From Aerosakkonema funiforme BLCC-F2 (lineage in GTDB: Bacteria; Cyanobacteriota; Cyanobacteriia; Cyanobacteriales; Aerosakkonemataceae): 64,000 bases of DNA. Shown here piece by piece: positions 45,987-57,367 of the stretch. The first letter of the stretch is position 1; each line of letters starts with the position of its first letter. The stretch lies in the NCBI RefSeq assembly GCF_041929185.1, contig NZ_JBHFNO010000043.1. One strand, written 5' to 3'. A model generated the notes under the pieces. That model made no database searches and had not been told where the DNA came from. It was given only the letters and a program-made list of their open reading frames with translations. The translations under genes were made by a program, and so were the position numbers.

Positions 45987-48461
45987 ATGGTCAGTTATCA
46001 AAATTCAATTTTAAATCGATGTTTGCCCCTGACTACTTTTGAGCGGGTGCGAGAGTTATTGGGGCAGATGGCTCAAAGGTTTCAGGCAGATACCGGCGTC
46101 AATTTTTCCGCTTTGCGGAAAAGACAAGAACAAGATTTTACCTTATTTCTGACGGAAGATGTAGTATCCTCTGTAGAAGTACCCCAAGGAACGCTGCCAG
46201 AAAGGTTCGCGCTGTTAATTTCAAAGCGCTTTAGCGCCTGGTTGTTCGGAGACAGGGCATGGGAGAAAAGCGAGACGGAAAGCCCGAACGGAAAGGATAA
46301 TCTGCCGACGACCAATTGCCAAGTGTCAATCCCCAATGCCCAATTCCTTAGCGTGGGATTAACTTTCGAGCCAACAGCGATCGTCGCCTTTCTCACCCAA
46401 CTCAGTAATTTAGTAGAAAACAATCTCTTTGCCCGTCAAACTCTGCAAGCAGCAAGCAAAATCCCCCAGTCTAACGACCCGACGCTTCAAAGTGAATTTA
46501 CTCTCTCGTTGCTAGAAATCTTTTCCCAGGATCGAGAGGAAAACAATGCAGCAGAAAAGGTCTATCCTTATGTTTCTGTGTGTCAACCCGTTCATAATAC
46601 GCTCAGCCAACAGATCGAACAAGAGCGACTCCTGAATCAGGTGACAACGCAAATCCGCCAAAGTCTCGAATTACCGGTCATTCTCAATACTGCTGTTGAG
46701 CAGGTAAGAAATTTTTTGCAAGCCGATCGCCTGATCGTATATGAATTTCACTGCGACACAGTAGAGGAGTGGCATAACTCTAAAATAGCTTCTTCTTCAG
46801 GCGACTACCACGGCTTTGCAGTCAACCAGAATGCCGACTCAAACTTTCCAGACCCCCTCTATCCTCTGGCATCTTTGGATTCTTCCTCCTGTTACGGTCG
46901 CATTACCTACGAAGCTAAGGCAAACGATAGCATACCCTCAGTACTCTATTTGGCAGAGGAGGGATACTGCTTCATCAAAGTGCCTAAATGTCGCGAGAAA
47001 TATCGCAAAGGTTTTGCCTTAGCCGTCGAAGATATCGAAACTGCCTACATTTTTTCTCCCTGCTTGTTGGACTTAATGCGAAATGTGCGGGTGCGAGCCA
47101 AGTTAGCTGTACCGATCGTCATCCAAGAACAACTCTGGGGACTGCTCATTGTCCATCAATGCTTCCAACCCCGCCAATGGCAGGAAAATGAAAAAAACTT
47201 TCTCCGGCAAATTGCAGAACACTTAGCGATCGCCATTTACCAAGCTCAACTTTATGCCCAACTCCAACAGCAAAAACAAACTTTAGAACAACGGGTGATC
47301 GAGCGCACCCAAGAACTCCACGATGCCATGCTAGCCGCACAATCAGCCAGTCGCACCAAAGGTGAGTTTCTCGCCACCATGAGCCACGAATTGCGAACAC
47401 CTCTCACCTGCGTCATCGGGCTCTCTGCGACTCTCTTGCGCTGGTCATTCGGTCAACTCAGTCAGAAACAGCGGCAATACCTGCAAACTATCCACGATAA
47501 CGGAGAACACTTATTAGAGTTAATCAACGATATCCTCGAACTTTCTCAAATGGAAGCGGGTAAAACCGTTTTAAATATCAGCGATATTTCCTTATCTCTA
47601 GTCGCACAATATAGCTTACAAATTGTCAGAGAAAAAGCCCTCCAACGCGGCGTTGAACTGGCAATCAATTTACGTATATCTCCCAGTCAAGACCGATTTT
47701 TAGCTGACGGTAAACGAGTTAAACAAATTCTTTTTAATCTCCTAACTAATGGCATTAAATTTACTCCCTCTGGCGGACGAGTGACTCTGCGAGTTTGGTT
47801 GGAGGGCACTCAGGCTGTGTTTCAGGTAGAAGATACCGGGATCGGCATTTCTCAAGAGCAGCTACCTCTAATTTTTCAGAAATTTCAACAGTTGGATACC
47901 TCTTATCACCGCCAATACGAAGGCACTGGTTTGGGTTTGGCTTTAACAAAACAACTGGTAGAATTGCATAGGGGTCGGATCGAAGTCGATTCTAGGGTGG
48001 GAGAGGGATCGATTTTTACAGTTTGGTTGCCTCTACCGCCATCACCTCCTTCTCCCAACGATCCGCGCATACCGATAATGACCGACCTCCCCCAAGGGCG
48101 CATTGTGTTGATTGAAAATGATGAAGAAACAGCTAACCTCATCTGCGATATTCTCACTGCCGCCGGCTATCAAATTGTCTGGATTATTGAAGGCACAACC
48201 GCTATAAAACAAATTGAAATTTTGCAACCTTTCGCCGCACTCGTGGAAATTAATCTTTCCGGTCTAAATGGTTATGAAGTGATCCGTCAATTGCGTAATT
48301 CATCTGCAATATCAAACCTAAAAATTTTGGCTATAACTGCTACGGAAATACCCGCAAATCAATTATACGGTTTGGGGGCAGAGCCAGATGATTATCTGAA
48401 TAAACCCGTGCAGCCACAAGAGTTATTGCACAAAGTTCAATTGCTAATGACTAATAATTAA
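45987..48461 (+). CDS. CikA-like GAF sensor histidine kinase with C-terminal pseudo-receiver
   Basis: ~200-aa N-terminal region, GAF (LIVYEF...LWGLLIVHQC), H-box MSHELRTPLT, ATPase block GTGLGLALTKQLVELHRG. The C-terminal receiver-like domain has Glu at the phospho-acceptor position (ALVEINLSGLNG). Confidence 0.6.
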   Translation: MVSYQNSILNRCLPLTTFERVRELLGQMAQRFQADTGVNFSALRKRQEQDFTLFLTEDVVSSVEVPQGTLPERFALLISKRFSAWLFGDRAWEKSETESPNGKDNLPTTNCQVSIPNAQFLSVGLTFEPTAIVAFLTQLSNLVENNLFARQTLQAASKIPQSNDPTLQSEFTLSLLEIFSQDREENNAAEKVYPYVSVCQPVHNTLSQQIEQERLLNQVTTQIRQSLELPVILNTAVEQVRNFLQADRLIVYEFHCDTVEEWHNSKIASSSGDYHGFAVNQNADSNFPDPLYPLASLDSSSCYGRITYEAKANDSIPSVLYLAEEGYCFIKVPKCREKYRKGFALAVEDIETAYIFSPCLLDLMRNVRVRAKLAVPIVIQEQLWGLLIVHQCFQPRQWQENEKNFLRQIAEHLAIAIYQAQLYAQLQQQKQTLEQRVIERTQELHDAMLAAQSASRTKGEFLATMSHELRTPLTCVIGLSATLLRWSFGQLSQKQRQYLQTIHDNGEHLLELINDILELSQMEAGKTVLNISDISLSLVAQYSLQIVREKALQRGVELAINLRISPSQDRFLADGKRVKQILFNLLTNGIKFTPSGGRVTLRVWLEGTQAVFQVEDTGIGISQEQLPLIFQKFQQLDTSYHRQYEGTGLGLALTKQLVELHRGRIEVDSRVGEGSIFTVWLPLPPSPPSPNDPRIPIMTDLPQGRIVLIENDEETANLICDILTAAGYQIVWIIEGTTAIKQIEILQPFAALVEINLSGLNGYEVIRQLRNSSAISNLKILAITATEIPANQLYGLGAEPDDYLNKPVQPQELLHKVQLLMTNN

Positions 48462-48525
48462 TTGTTGGTTGTTCATTGTTGATGCTTCATGCTTTATCAT
48501 TTATCACGCGCCATAAACTTTTCCA

Positions 48526-48560
48526 ACAACTGACAACTAACAACTGACAACTGACAAATG
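48526..48560. repeat. (CAACTGA)5 STRR-type heptamer array abutting the nanE-like start codon
   Basis: CAACTGACAACTAACAACTGACAACTGACAAATGACT; the ATG of 48558 lies inside the last unit. Confidence 0.8.
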
Positions 48561-49244
48561 ACTGTTAATCAACAAAAAATAACACAACTGCGCCATAGCT
48601 TGATTGTTTCCTGTCAGGCTCCCGCTGACTCGCCCCTACACGATCCTCTCGCGATCGCTGCAATGGCGCAAGCTGCTGTACTCGGAGGCGCAGCCGCAGT
48701 AAGGATTGATACACCAAGTCATGTCAGCGCCGTGCGCCAGAAAGTAGAAGCACCGATTATCGGGCTTTGGAAACAGCAGATACGTGGATACGATGTATAC
48801 ATTACTCCTGAGTACCAACACGCGGAGGCGATCGCATCTGCCGGTGCAGATATCATCGCCATTGACGCTACCCCCAGAAATCGACCGGGTAATGAAAGCT
48901 TGCATACCTTAATTGCACGCATTCACAAGGAATTGGGCAAGCCGGTGATGGCAGATGTAGATACCATTGAGGCAGCGATCGCCGCCGAAAAAGCCGGTGC
49001 CGATATTGTGGGTACAACGCTCTACGGCTACACCAACGACACAAAGCACCTCTCTCCCCCCGGCTTGGAACTCCTGGCCCAAATGGTAAAAAATTTGAAC
49101 GTACCAGCCATTTGCGAAGGCGGCATTTCCTCACCCCAGATGGCTCAACAAGCCCTACAACTGGGAGCCTATGCAGTTGTGGTCGGCACTGATATCACCG
49201 GTATCGATTACAAGGTTTTAGCTTATCGCGCCGTTTTCCCTTGA
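48558..49244 (+). CDS. nanE: Putative N-acetylmannosamine-6-phosphate 2-epimerase (NanE family)
   Basis: LIVSCQAPADSPLHDP...IIGLWKQ...GADIIAIDAT...GTTLYGYT... matches the NanE TIM-barrel signature blocks. Confidence 0.7.
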   Translation: MTVNQQKITQLRHSLIVSCQAPADSPLHDPLAIAAMAQAAVLGGAAAVRIDTPSHVSAVRQKVEAPIIGLWKQQIRGYDVYITPEYQHAEAIASAGADIIAIDATPRNRPGNESLHTLIARIHKELGKPVMADVDTIEAAIAAEKAGADIVGTTLYGYTNDTKHLSPPGLELLAQMVKNLNVPAICEGGISSPQMAQQALQLGAYAVVVGTDITGIDYKVLAYRAVFP

Positions 49245-49320
49245 CAACTCATACTCATAATGAGTACGCTTAAATAGAAATCGATCGAGAAAGCCATTTG
49301 ACCGCACAGGAGCCAAATTC

Positions 49321-50055
49321 ATGTTTTCCAACAAAGAAGGACAAAAAGTTCCCCACGTCACCTTTCGTACCCGTCAGAAAGGCCAGTGGATAGATGTGAC
49401 CACAGATGAACTGTTTGCCGGTAAGACAGTAGCTGTATTCTCCTTACCGGGTGCCTTCACCCCCACCTGTTCCTCCACCCACGTTCCAGGTTACAACGAA
49501 TTGGCGAAAGTCTTCAAAGAAAACGGCGTAGATGACATTATCTGTATTTCTGTCAACGATGCCTTTGTGATGGAAGAATGGGCAAAAGATCAAAAGGCAG
49601 ACAATATCAGGTTCATTCCTGATGGTAACGGACAGTTTACCGAACAGATGGGAATGCTGGTAGATAAGTCAGACCTGGGATTTGGGAAGCGATCGTGGCG
49701 CTATTCTATGCTAGTCAAAGATGGCGTAGTCCAAAAAATGTTTATCGAACCAGAAGAACCGGGCGATCCCTTCAAAGTGTCTGACGCCAACACAATGCTC
49801 AACTATATCAACCCCAACGCAGTCAAACCGAAACTGATTTCCCTATTTACAAAAGTGGGTTGTCCCTTCTGTGCCCGTGCCAAAGCATTGCTGAGCCAAC
49901 GCGGGTTAGAATACGAAGAAATTGTCTTGGGTAAAGAAATCACCACCAAGTCTTTAAGAGCCGTCACGGGCGCATTAACGGTTCCCCAAGTGTTTATAGA
50001 TGGCAAATTAATCGGCGGTTCGGATGCGTTAGCTGCTTACTTAGGTGAGAACTAA
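49321..50055 (+). CDS. Peroxiredoxin (Prx5-type) - glutaredoxin hybrid protein
   Basis: Prx5 peroxidatic site [12 protein letters not shown] in the N-terminal domain, and a C-terminal glutaredoxin CPFC active site ([13 protein letters not shown]). Confidence 0.8.
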   Translation: MFSNKEGQKVPHVTFRTRQKGQWIDVTTDELFAGKTVAVFSLPGAFTPTCSSTHVPGYNELAKVFKENGVDDIICISVNDAFVMEEWAKDQKADNIRFIPDGNGQFTEQMGMLVDKSDLGFGKRSWRYSMLVKDGVVQKMFIEPEEPGDPFKVSDANTMLNYINPNAVKPKLISLFTKVGCPFCARAKALLSQRGLEYEEIVLGKEITTKSLRAVTGALTVPQVFIDGKLIGGSDALAAYLGEN

Positions 50056-50224
50056 GCCGATCCGGTATTTAGGGCGATCGATTTAATTGATGAATTTGGA
50101 GGTTGGGTTGAGCAGAACAAAACCCAACCTCCAAGTATTTTCTGACAAATTCCGATACCAAATTTTGTTTTGTTACCCCTTTTAAATTCTTGCCCCTTTG
50201 GTTGTACACAAGTTTCATGAAAAT

Positions 50225-51283
50225 TTAAGATTGATTTGCGATCGGCAAACCTCTCTTTAAAATCACCATATGAGAACCGACCACCGGACTGCGAGCTAGG
50301 AGTACACCTTCAAAATCAGCGATTTCTAGCTTGCTAAAGTCTAATTGCTTCGCTCGATTCCACATATCAGCAGCTAAGCTATCTTGTTTGGCTGAATCGA
50401 AACTGTACCAATCATTGCTGACTTTAACAGTTAATATGCTGGCTATGAAGTTAGCTTGAATCGACTCAATCAATCCATCAGCATATTGGCTGGTGATCTC
50501 CACAACTTGATTTTGAATAGCTGCGATCAAATTCTGCTCTGGTGTTAAAACTGGGGGTGGTGGTGGAATAATCGCCACCGGTTGCGCCTCCGAAGGTGCT
50601 GACAGTTCTGCTGGCGCTTCTATAGGTGGTGGTGCGGTCACTTCCGTTGGCGCTATTGCACTTGGGGATGGAACTTCCGCAATTTGGGGCGGGTTTGGCG
50701 GTGAAAGCACAGAAGTTGCCCAAAATAGCAAAATGAAGAGAGCGGCGATCGCACCACTTAAAATCGTATCGTTAGGCAGTTTCTCATTCACAGACGCCGG
50801 CAGTCGGCTGCGAATTTTCCCCAAGGCTGCTTTCCACCACACCGGAAGATTGGTTAAAAATACTGCCAATTTCGCCGTGAAACTCTGAGTTGGCGGTGCT
50901 GATTGGAAACCAGCAGTTTTTGTTCCCTTCGTCGGCGTAGCCGTCCCTTCCGGCGTGGGTGGTGTTTGGGGTGAAGTAGGAGGTTTTATCTCCTGTTTCT
51001 TCCCCGTTCCTCCCACTAAGTTTGTTATGCCGCGCAAAGCATTGGCGCTTTGGGTTTTGAGAACGGGTTGGACTCTACTCCAGGTTTGCTGAAGCGTTTG
51101 CGTCACCTTCTGCAACGCCTCTCCAGACTGACCTTTCGGCGTCGGTGTTGGAGGTGTCTGTTTTTTTGGCTCTGGTTGCTGTGGCTGTTCCTGTGACATC
51201 GAATTTTCTCTAATGGCAGGGCTTTCCAGGCTCGATTGGGTCGATCGAATCTCCCGCAGGCTATATTGTAATCCTGTTATCAC
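50225..51283 (-). CDS. Proline-rich hypothetical membrane protein
   Basis: Pro/Thr-rich N-terminal half, one TM (AALFILLFWATSVL), second Pro-rich stretch, C-terminal globular ~100 aa. The start is uncertain (possibly MSQEQPQQ). Confidence 0.5.
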   Translation of the reverse strand: MITGLQYSLREIRSTQSSLESPAIRENSMSQEQPQQPEPKKQTPPTPTPKGQSGEALQKVTQTLQQTWSRVQPVLKTQSANALRGITNLVGGTGKKQEIKPPTSPQTPPTPEGTATPTKGTKTAGFQSAPPTQSFTAKLAVFLTNLPVWWKAALGKIRSRLPASVNEKLPNDTILSGAIAALFILLFWATSVLSPPNPPQIAEVPSPSAIAPTEVTAPPPIEAPAELSAPSEAQPVAIIPPPPPVLTPEQNLIAAIQNQVVEITSQYADGLIESIQANFIASILTVKVSNDWYSFDSAKQDSLAADMWNRAKQLDFSKLEIADFEGVLLARSPVVGSHMVILKRGLPIANQS

Positions 51284-51345
51284 AGCCTAATCTACCACTT
51301 TTGCTATTCTGCTTTTCAAGCACCGTTGAGCCAGTCATATCAGTT

Positions 51346-52263
51346 ATGAATTTGAAACGTCGTCATTTTCTCATTTTCGGCAGCCTGAGCGGATTTGGAT
51401 TGAGTTTTTTGTGGAACGCACTCGAACGTCATGGGGATGATGGCGCTGGTATTACTCCCGCACTAGCTTCCGAATCGGTAATTATACCCGCACAACAGCC
51501 GCTACTGCGTTTTGTCTCCGTAGCAGATACCGGCACCGGCACTAGAAGTCAGTATGCCGTGGCTGAGGCAATGAGTAACTATCTCCGCGAAAATCCCTAT
51601 GATTTGGTGCTTTTGGCTGGCGATAATATTTACAACTTTGGTGAAATTGCCAAAATTGGCGCTGTTTTTGAACAACCGTATCAGTCTTTGTTGCAACGAG
51701 GCGTAAAATTTCACGCTTGTTTGGGTAATCACGATATTGTTACTGATAATGGTGACGCTCAAGTTAAGTATCCCGGTTTTAATATGCAAGGACGCTACTA
51801 TACTTTTCGTCGCGATGCCGTGCAATTTTTTGCTTTAGATACGAATGGCAATGCTGACTGGTCAAAGCAATTACTTTGGTTAGAAAAAGAATTGAGTGGC
51901 AGCGATGCGCCTTGGAAGGTTGTGTTCGGTCATCATCAAATTTATTCTTCCGGTCATTATGGGGTAAATCAACCTTTTATTAAGATGCTGACGCCTCTGT
52001 TTCAAAAGTACCGGGTTCAACTTTATATTAACGGACACGACCACCATTACGAGCGCACCCGATCGATCGACGGTACGACTTATTTAATTTGTGGCGGAGG
52101 TGCGGGAACTCGACCTGTCGGGCGATCTGAATGGACTGAGTATTCTGCCAGCTTCCTCAGCTTTGCGGCTTTTGATGTGTATGCCGATCGCATAGCCGTA
52201 AGTGCGATCGACACCGATAATCAAGTTTTCGATCGGGGAGTAATTCAATTGCTTTCGAGCTAA
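51346..52263 (+). CDS. Calcineurin-like metallophosphoesterase (purple-acid-phosphatase-like) with Tat-type signal
   Basis: Start at MNLKRRHFLIFGSL (twin-arginine). Metallophosphoesterase motifs GDxxY (LLAGDNIYNFG), GNHD (CLGNHD), GHHQ... and GHDHHYER. Confidence 0.75.
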   Translation: MNLKRRHFLIFGSLSGFGLSFLWNALERHGDDGAGITPALASESVIIPAQQPLLRFVSVADTGTGTRSQYAVAEAMSNYLRENPYDLVLLAGDNIYNFGEIAKIGAVFEQPYQSLLQRGVKFHACLGNHDIVTDNGDAQVKYPGFNMQGRYYTFRRDAVQFFALDTNGNADWSKQLLWLEKELSGSDAPWKVVFGHHQIYSSGHYGVNQPFIKMLTPLFQKYRVQLYINGHDHHYERTRSIDGTTYLICGGGAGTRPVGRSEWTEYSASFLSFAAFDVYADRIAVSAIDTDNQVFDRGVIQLLSS

Positions 52264-52890
52264 CTTATTTATTAATAATTTTAAATCTCCATTTGAAATT
52301 ATATTTTTTTACTCAATTTTTTATCTAACATTATACCACAGAATCGAAAATCTAAAGTTTTCGATTTCTCCTTTTTTTTGCGCCTGCTTATGCTTGGCTA
52401 AGTACCATTTTTATTTGTTCATTAATACTTAATTAATCGCAGAAATTTTATATACTAATAATTCAAAAATTAGATTTGTCGAGCTGGCTTGCTTACAAGA
52501 GCGACCCCAAATCCGAAACTCTACACCCCAAATCGATTTACAGTAGCTGTATTATACCTGCGCCCGATATTTTATTTCGATTAAGGCTAGATTTCCATAA
52601 AATTCCTACCTTTCCTACCTTTTTGGCGGCATAGTTTCGTGTAAATATTTATCCTGTCAGCAAACTTTACAGCTTACATTCCCTACCTAAATAAATTCTC
52701 TTAAGGGTGGACATTTAAACTTTTTTGCCCTAAAATATATCCCAGTATTGATTGACAATAAATTTTTTTTCTGGTAAGGATGGGCTTATGACTGGAAAAT
52801 TTTATTTATACGTACAACGGAAATTAAACAAATTTCCGCTTACGTCAATACCTAGTAAGTGCAGGTTAAGCAAACTTAAATTAATACAAG

Positions 52891-53391
52891 TTGATTTTTA
52901 GGAATAAACTAATGTTAATGCTACTTTTTTACGCCGGGAATAACCTTTATGCAGTAGAAAGTTCTCAGGTAGTAGAGGTGATTCCCAGAGTGTCACTCAG
53001 AAAGATAAATCACGTACCTGACTATGTGGCAGGATTATTTAATTATCGAGGTGCGATCGTACCCGTCATCGATCTGTGCCATTTAATTCAAGGTACTCCC
53101 AGTCGTTCCTACTTGAGTACTCGGATTGTCATGGTGAATTACCCGGTAAAGAATAATACAATCCGTTACTTAGGTTTGATGGCAGAAAGAGTGACCGAAA
53201 CTTTGGATAAACCAGATACAGACCTAGTAGACGCAGGAATTCAAGTCAACGAAGCTCCTTATTTAGGAGAAATGATCATGGATGACAAGGGAATGATCCA
53301 GTGTATCCGATTAGAAAAGTTGTTTTCTGATTCCCAACATAAATACCTATTAACGGCAGGGAATAATTCCACCAATGATACAAGAAATTGA
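52891..53391 (+). CDS. cheW: CheW-like coupling protein (WspB-like), first gene of chemosensory locus
   Basis: CheW domain blocks (YAVESSQVVEVIP...VPDYVAGLFNYRGAIVPVIDL). Overlaps the cheR start by 17 nt. Confidence 0.75.
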   Translation: MIFRNKLMLMLLFYAGNNLYAVESSQVVEVIPRVSLRKINHVPDYVAGLFNYRGAIVPVIDLCHLIQGTPSRSYLSTRIVMVNYPVKNNTIRYLGLMAERVTETLDKPDTDLVDAGIQVNEAPYLGEMIMDDKGMIQCIRLEKLFSDSQHKYLLTAGNNSTNDTRN

Positions 53392-54757
53392 GGCTTTACT
53401 GGCCAAAAAAATCGGTCTTGAGCCTAGCGTAATTGGCTCGCAAAAAATTGCCAAAGCTGTAGAAACGCGCAGGCTTTATTGCGGTTTAACAGACTCGCAA
53501 TCCTATCTGAGAAAATTGCAAACTACACCTCAAGAACTGGAAGAACTAATAGAAAATATAGTTGTTCCAGAAACTTGGTTTTTTCGGGATCGCAAACCCT
53601 TTGAGTTGTTAGTAAATTATGTAATTTCAGAATGGTTACCAAAGAACAAAAACAGCACCCTGCGGCTGTTAAGCGCTCCCTGTTCTACTGGGGAAGAGCC
53701 TTACTCAATAGCGATAGCATTAATGAATGCAGGACTGTTACCTCACAAATTTCGCATTGATGCCGTTGACATCAGTAAAAAAGCCTTACACAAAGCAGCA
53801 GAAGGTATTTATGGCAAAAACTCTTTTCGCGGCGGAGATCTTCCCCAAAAAGAACGATATTTTCAGCAAATCGGAGAAGGATTTCAAATCTGTGCGACGG
53901 TTCGCCAAAGCGTTAATTTTATGCACGGAAATTTATTAGAACCTGTTTTTTTGAATGGTAACAAATATGATGTAATATTTTGTCGGAATTTGTTGATTTA
54001 TTTATCCGAGTTGGCATCTACTCAGTTAATGGAAGCGTTAGATTGCCTGTTAATACCGAACGGTTTAATATTTGTGGGTGCTGCCGAAAGTGGAAAAGTA
54101 CCGGGCGATCGTTTCGTCTCTGTTCGTCAACCGTTTACATTTGCCTACCGAAAAACCGAACAGTCCGGTAACAATCTGACTTTGCCATCAGTCGCTCCCA
54201 AACAGAACCTATCTTTCCTGACAAAACCTACCTTTACTACCAAAGTTGTACAACGAGACGGTAAGCTCGAACAGCCTCAGCTAGACTCGCTCAAACAAGC
54301 TTTCTCCCGAACGCAAAGGGTGGGAGAAACAAGGGAAGGATTGCTATCGCCAGCCAATTCCAAGACAAACCCTTTGTCAACGGAACTAATTAAATCCAAA
54401 AGCGGTAGCCTCCAGTCACCTATCTCCCCAGCGCCATCCCCGATACCCGATCTACAAACCGCCCGAAAGTTAGCAGATGCGGGAAAATTAGAAGAAGCAG
54501 CTAAGGCTGGTAAAACCTTTCTAGGTAAAAATCCTACCAGTGCCGAAGGTTACCTATTATTAGGGGAAGTTTATCAGGCAACAGGAGACGATCGACAAGC
54601 AGAGCAACACTTCCAAAAAGCGCTTTACTTGCAACCGGATTGCTACGAAGCGCTTACCCATCTGGCTTTGCTCAAACAAAATCGCGGCGATTTCAGCGGT
54701 GCAGCCCTGATCGAACAACGCATTAAAAGATTAGAAAATTCTCAAAATTTGGGTTAA
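53375..54757 (+). CDS. cheR: CheR methyltransferase with C-terminal TPR domain (WspC-like)
   Basis: SAM-binding block LLSAPCSTGEEPYSIAIAL, FCRNLLIYL, and C-terminal TPR repeats (AEGYLLLGEVYQATGDDRQAEQHFQKALYLQPD). Confidence 0.85.
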   Translation: MIQEIEALLAKKIGLEPSVIGSQKIAKAVETRRLYCGLTDSQSYLRKLQTTPQELEELIENIVVPETWFFRDRKPFELLVNYVISEWLPKNKNSTLRLLSAPCSTGEEPYSIAIALMNAGLLPHKFRIDAVDISKKALHKAAEGIYGKNSFRGGDLPQKERYFQQIGEGFQICATVRQSVNFMHGNLLEPVFLNGNKYDVIFCRNLLIYLSELASTQLMEALDCLLIPNGLIFVGAAESGKVPGDRFVSVRQPFTFAYRKTEQSGNNLTLPSVAPKQNLSFLTKPTFTTKVVQRDGKLEQPQLDSLKQAFSRTQRVGETREGLLSPANSKTNPLSTELIKSKSGSLQSPISPAPSPIPDLQTARKLADAGKLEEAAKAGKTFLGKNPTSAEGYLLLGEVYQATGDDRQAEQHFQKALYLQPDCYEALTHLALLKQNRGDFSGAALIEQRIKRLENSQNLG

Positions 54758-54848
54758 ATGCAAAGGCTGTAATATACTATCGATCATCCCTAATGGGGAA
54801 ATTTTACTTTTTCCAAAGCAATCGATCTGAAACCACAAGGGGATTACC

Positions 54849-56612
54849 ATGTTTGTGCAAGATGCGATTTTGTCGAAAAACAAAGGCATAGAAGGAAAAC
54901 TTATTTCTGGATTTCTCGTTATCGGTGGCATTGTATTGATTGTGGGGCTGATCGGTCTGTTCGGCACCTACAGGCTAAGCGGACACATCAACACCATCGG
55001 CGAAAATGCTTTTCCTTCCGTCTTTAGCCTGTGGAAAGTGAATGAGGCACAGAGCGCGGCTGATGCAGCGCTTTTAGCGCAATTTGTTCCTACCATCTCT
55101 CCCCAGAGAAGACAAGAAGAATTAAAAAATCTGCAAGATGCGCTCAGTCGCTACAAGGAAGGGCTTGAAGAATATGAAAAAACTAGCCGCACATCCGAAG
55201 AAGATAATTTATATAGATCTGCAAAGCCCTCTTTAGATAAGTGGAAGAGCACAATCGACCAAGCGATCGAACTCAACGAGGAATTTAGACGGTATGATAT
55301 CGAATTTCCCGGACAAGAGCGGGTTGACTTGCTCCTGGCGGGTAAAAGAGACACGCCAGAATATGCGCGAGCCCAAGCAGCAGCTGACGCACAAAAAAAA
55401 GTTTACCAGTATATAACCGATGTAGAACGACCAGCCTTCAGCGAAGGAACAGAGCAACTGCTCAAGCTTTTAAATTACAATGAAAACTTGGGGGATAAGG
55501 CAAGAAGCACAGCACAAAAAGATGTTGGCAGTACAACGTTTTGGTCAATAACGACAATGTTCGTCGGTACCGGGATAGCAGTTCTATTCGGCTTTTACTT
55601 CAGCAATACGATCGCCAAACCAATGGGAGCCAAGATAGCAGGTGTGGTAACTGTTGCCGAACGAATTGCCGCCGGGGATCTCAGCACTTCCGTACCAAGC
55701 GCCGAAAGCAACGATGAAATCGGCAGGCTGCAAAATGCCTTCCGAAATATGATCAAAAATCTCAGTTCCTTCATCAGCCAAGTGCAAAGATCCGGCATTC
55801 AAGTCACAACATCAACCACACAAATAGCTGCCTCTGGCAAAGAATTAGAAGCAACTGTAGCAGAGCAAGCCGCCTCGACCAAAGAAGTAGCAGCCACAGC
55901 GCAAGAAATTTCCGCTACCAGCCGGAAACTGTCTCGCACAATGGAACAAGTAGCCACTTTAGCTCAATCCACCGCCGTTTCCGCAGGTAGCAGCCAAAAA
56001 GACCTTTCCTCAATGGAAAACGTCATGCGTCAGTTGGCAGAAGCCACCACTTCCATCTCCAGCAAACTGGGGATCATGAATGAAAAAGCTAACAATATTA
56101 ACAACGTCGTTACCACGATTACCAAAGTAGCAGACCAAACCAACTTGCTATCCCTCAACGCCGCTATCGAAGCGGAAAAAGCAGGGGAATACGGAGCCGG
56201 TTTTGCCGTAGTAGCCAGAGAAATTCGCCGACTGGCAGACCAAACAGCCGTAGCGACTTTGGAAATCGAACAAATGGTTAAAGAAATGCAATCTGCCGTT
56301 TCCACAGGCGTGATGGAAATGGATAAATTCAACAAAGCCGTTAACGATAGCGTCGAAAAAGTAGTTACTATTGGCGAGCAAATTGCCTTGGTAATTCAGC
56401 AAGTGCAGGGACTGACACCGCGATTTGAAGAAGTCAGTCAAAGTATGGAAGAACAATCCCAAGGAGCCCAACAAATCAGCGAAGCAATGGAACAATTAAC
56501 GCAAGCTTCCCAGCAAACGTCGGATGCTTTGCGCGAGACTAACAGTGCCGTCTCCCAGTTAGACGATGCCGCGCAAGGATTGCAAGCCGAAATACGTCGC
56601 TTTAAAGTGTAA
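54849..56612 (+). CDS. Methyl-accepting chemotaxis protein with periplasmic 4-helix-bundle-like domain (WspA-like)
   Basis: TM1, ~190-aa helical periplasmic domain, TM2, HAMP, and MA signalling domain ([35 protein letters not shown]). Confidence 0.85.
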   Translation: MFVQDAILSKNKGIEGKLISGFLVIGGIVLIVGLIGLFGTYRLSGHINTIGENAFPSVFSLWKVNEAQSAADAALLAQFVPTISPQRRQEELKNLQDALSRYKEGLEEYEKTSRTSEEDNLYRSAKPSLDKWKSTIDQAIELNEEFRRYDIEFPGQERVDLLLAGKRDTPEYARAQAAADAQKKVYQYITDVERPAFSEGTEQLLKLLNYNENLGDKARSTAQKDVGSTTFWSITTMFVGTGIAVLFGFYFSNTIAKPMGAKIAGVVTVAERIAAGDLSTSVPSAESNDEIGRLQNAFRNMIKNLSSFISQVQRSGIQVTTSTTQIAASGKELEATVAEQAASTKEVAATAQEISATSRKLSRTMEQVATLAQSTAVSAGSSQKDLSSMENVMRQLAEATTSISSKLGIMNEKANNINNVVTTITKVADQTNLLSLNAAIEAEKAGEYGAGFAVVAREIRRLADQTAVATLEIEQMVKEMQSAVSTGVMEMDKFNKAVNDSVEKVVTIGEQIALVIQQVQGLTPRFEEVSQSMEEQSQGAQQISEAMEQLTQASQQTSDALRETNSAVSQLDDAAQGLQAEIRRFKV

Positions 56613-56659
56613 AGTGGCTTAAAGATTAGGATTTATCAGCCAAAATTGAGAGGAAGAAA

Positions 56660-57367
56660 GTGAAAATATCTGTCACGCTCGAGCAGGCAATTTTAAATGA
56701 TTGCTGGAATAAAATCGGTGTAGGCGGCGATCGATCGTGCAAACAACTGAAAACCTACATTCACTGCCGCAACTGCCCCGTTTATTCCGCTGCGGGGCGC
56801 GGCTTGCTAGAACGAGATGCACCAGAAGGCTACATTGATGAATGGACAGATTTATTTGCCCAAACTCAGCTTCCAGAAGGGTCATCTCAAAGCGAAAATA
56901 CTAAAACTCAAGCGGTTATCATCTTTCGCTTGGGCGTAGAATGGCTAGCCCTGCCAGCTAACTTATTTAAAGAAGTTACGCCTCCGAGCGTCATCCACAC
57001 CATACCGCACCGCACCAACAAAATATTACTGGGTATTGTGAACATTCGAGGCGAAATTCTTATGTGCATTTCCCTCAGCAACCTCTTGGGTTTAGAAATC
57101 CCAGAAAAAAGCAAAAATTCTAAATCAAATCCCGTTGTCCAAGAACGGATGGTAGTAGTTGAAAAAAATGAAGAACGTTGGGTTTTTAGCGTCGATGAAG
57201 TTTCCAGCATTCAACGCTTCCATCCCCATCAATTTCGCCCCGCACCAGCCGTCATAACTCAATCCAATGAATCTTATACCAAAGCGGTGATAAATTGGCA
57301 AAACAAAAAAGTTAGTTATTTGGATGATGAATTGCTGTTTTACAACATAAACAGGAGGATAACGTGA
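56660..57367 (+). CDS. CheW-domain protein with N-terminal Cys-rich segment (WspD-like)
   Basis: N-terminal CWNKIGVGGDRSCKQLKTYIHCRNCPV followed by a CheW fold (IIFRLGVEWLALPANLFKEV...ILLGIVNIRGEIL). Confidence 0.7.
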   Translation: MKISVTLEQAILNDCWNKIGVGGDRSCKQLKTYIHCRNCPVYSAAGRGLLERDAPEGYIDEWTDLFAQTQLPEGSSQSENTKTQAVIIFRLGVEWLALPANLFKEVTPPSVIHTIPHRTNKILLGIVNIRGEILMCISLSNLLGLEIPEKSKNSKSNPVVQERMVVVEKNEERWVFSVDEVSSIQRFHPHQFRPAPAVITQSNESYTKAVINWQNKKVSYLDDELLFYNINRRIT

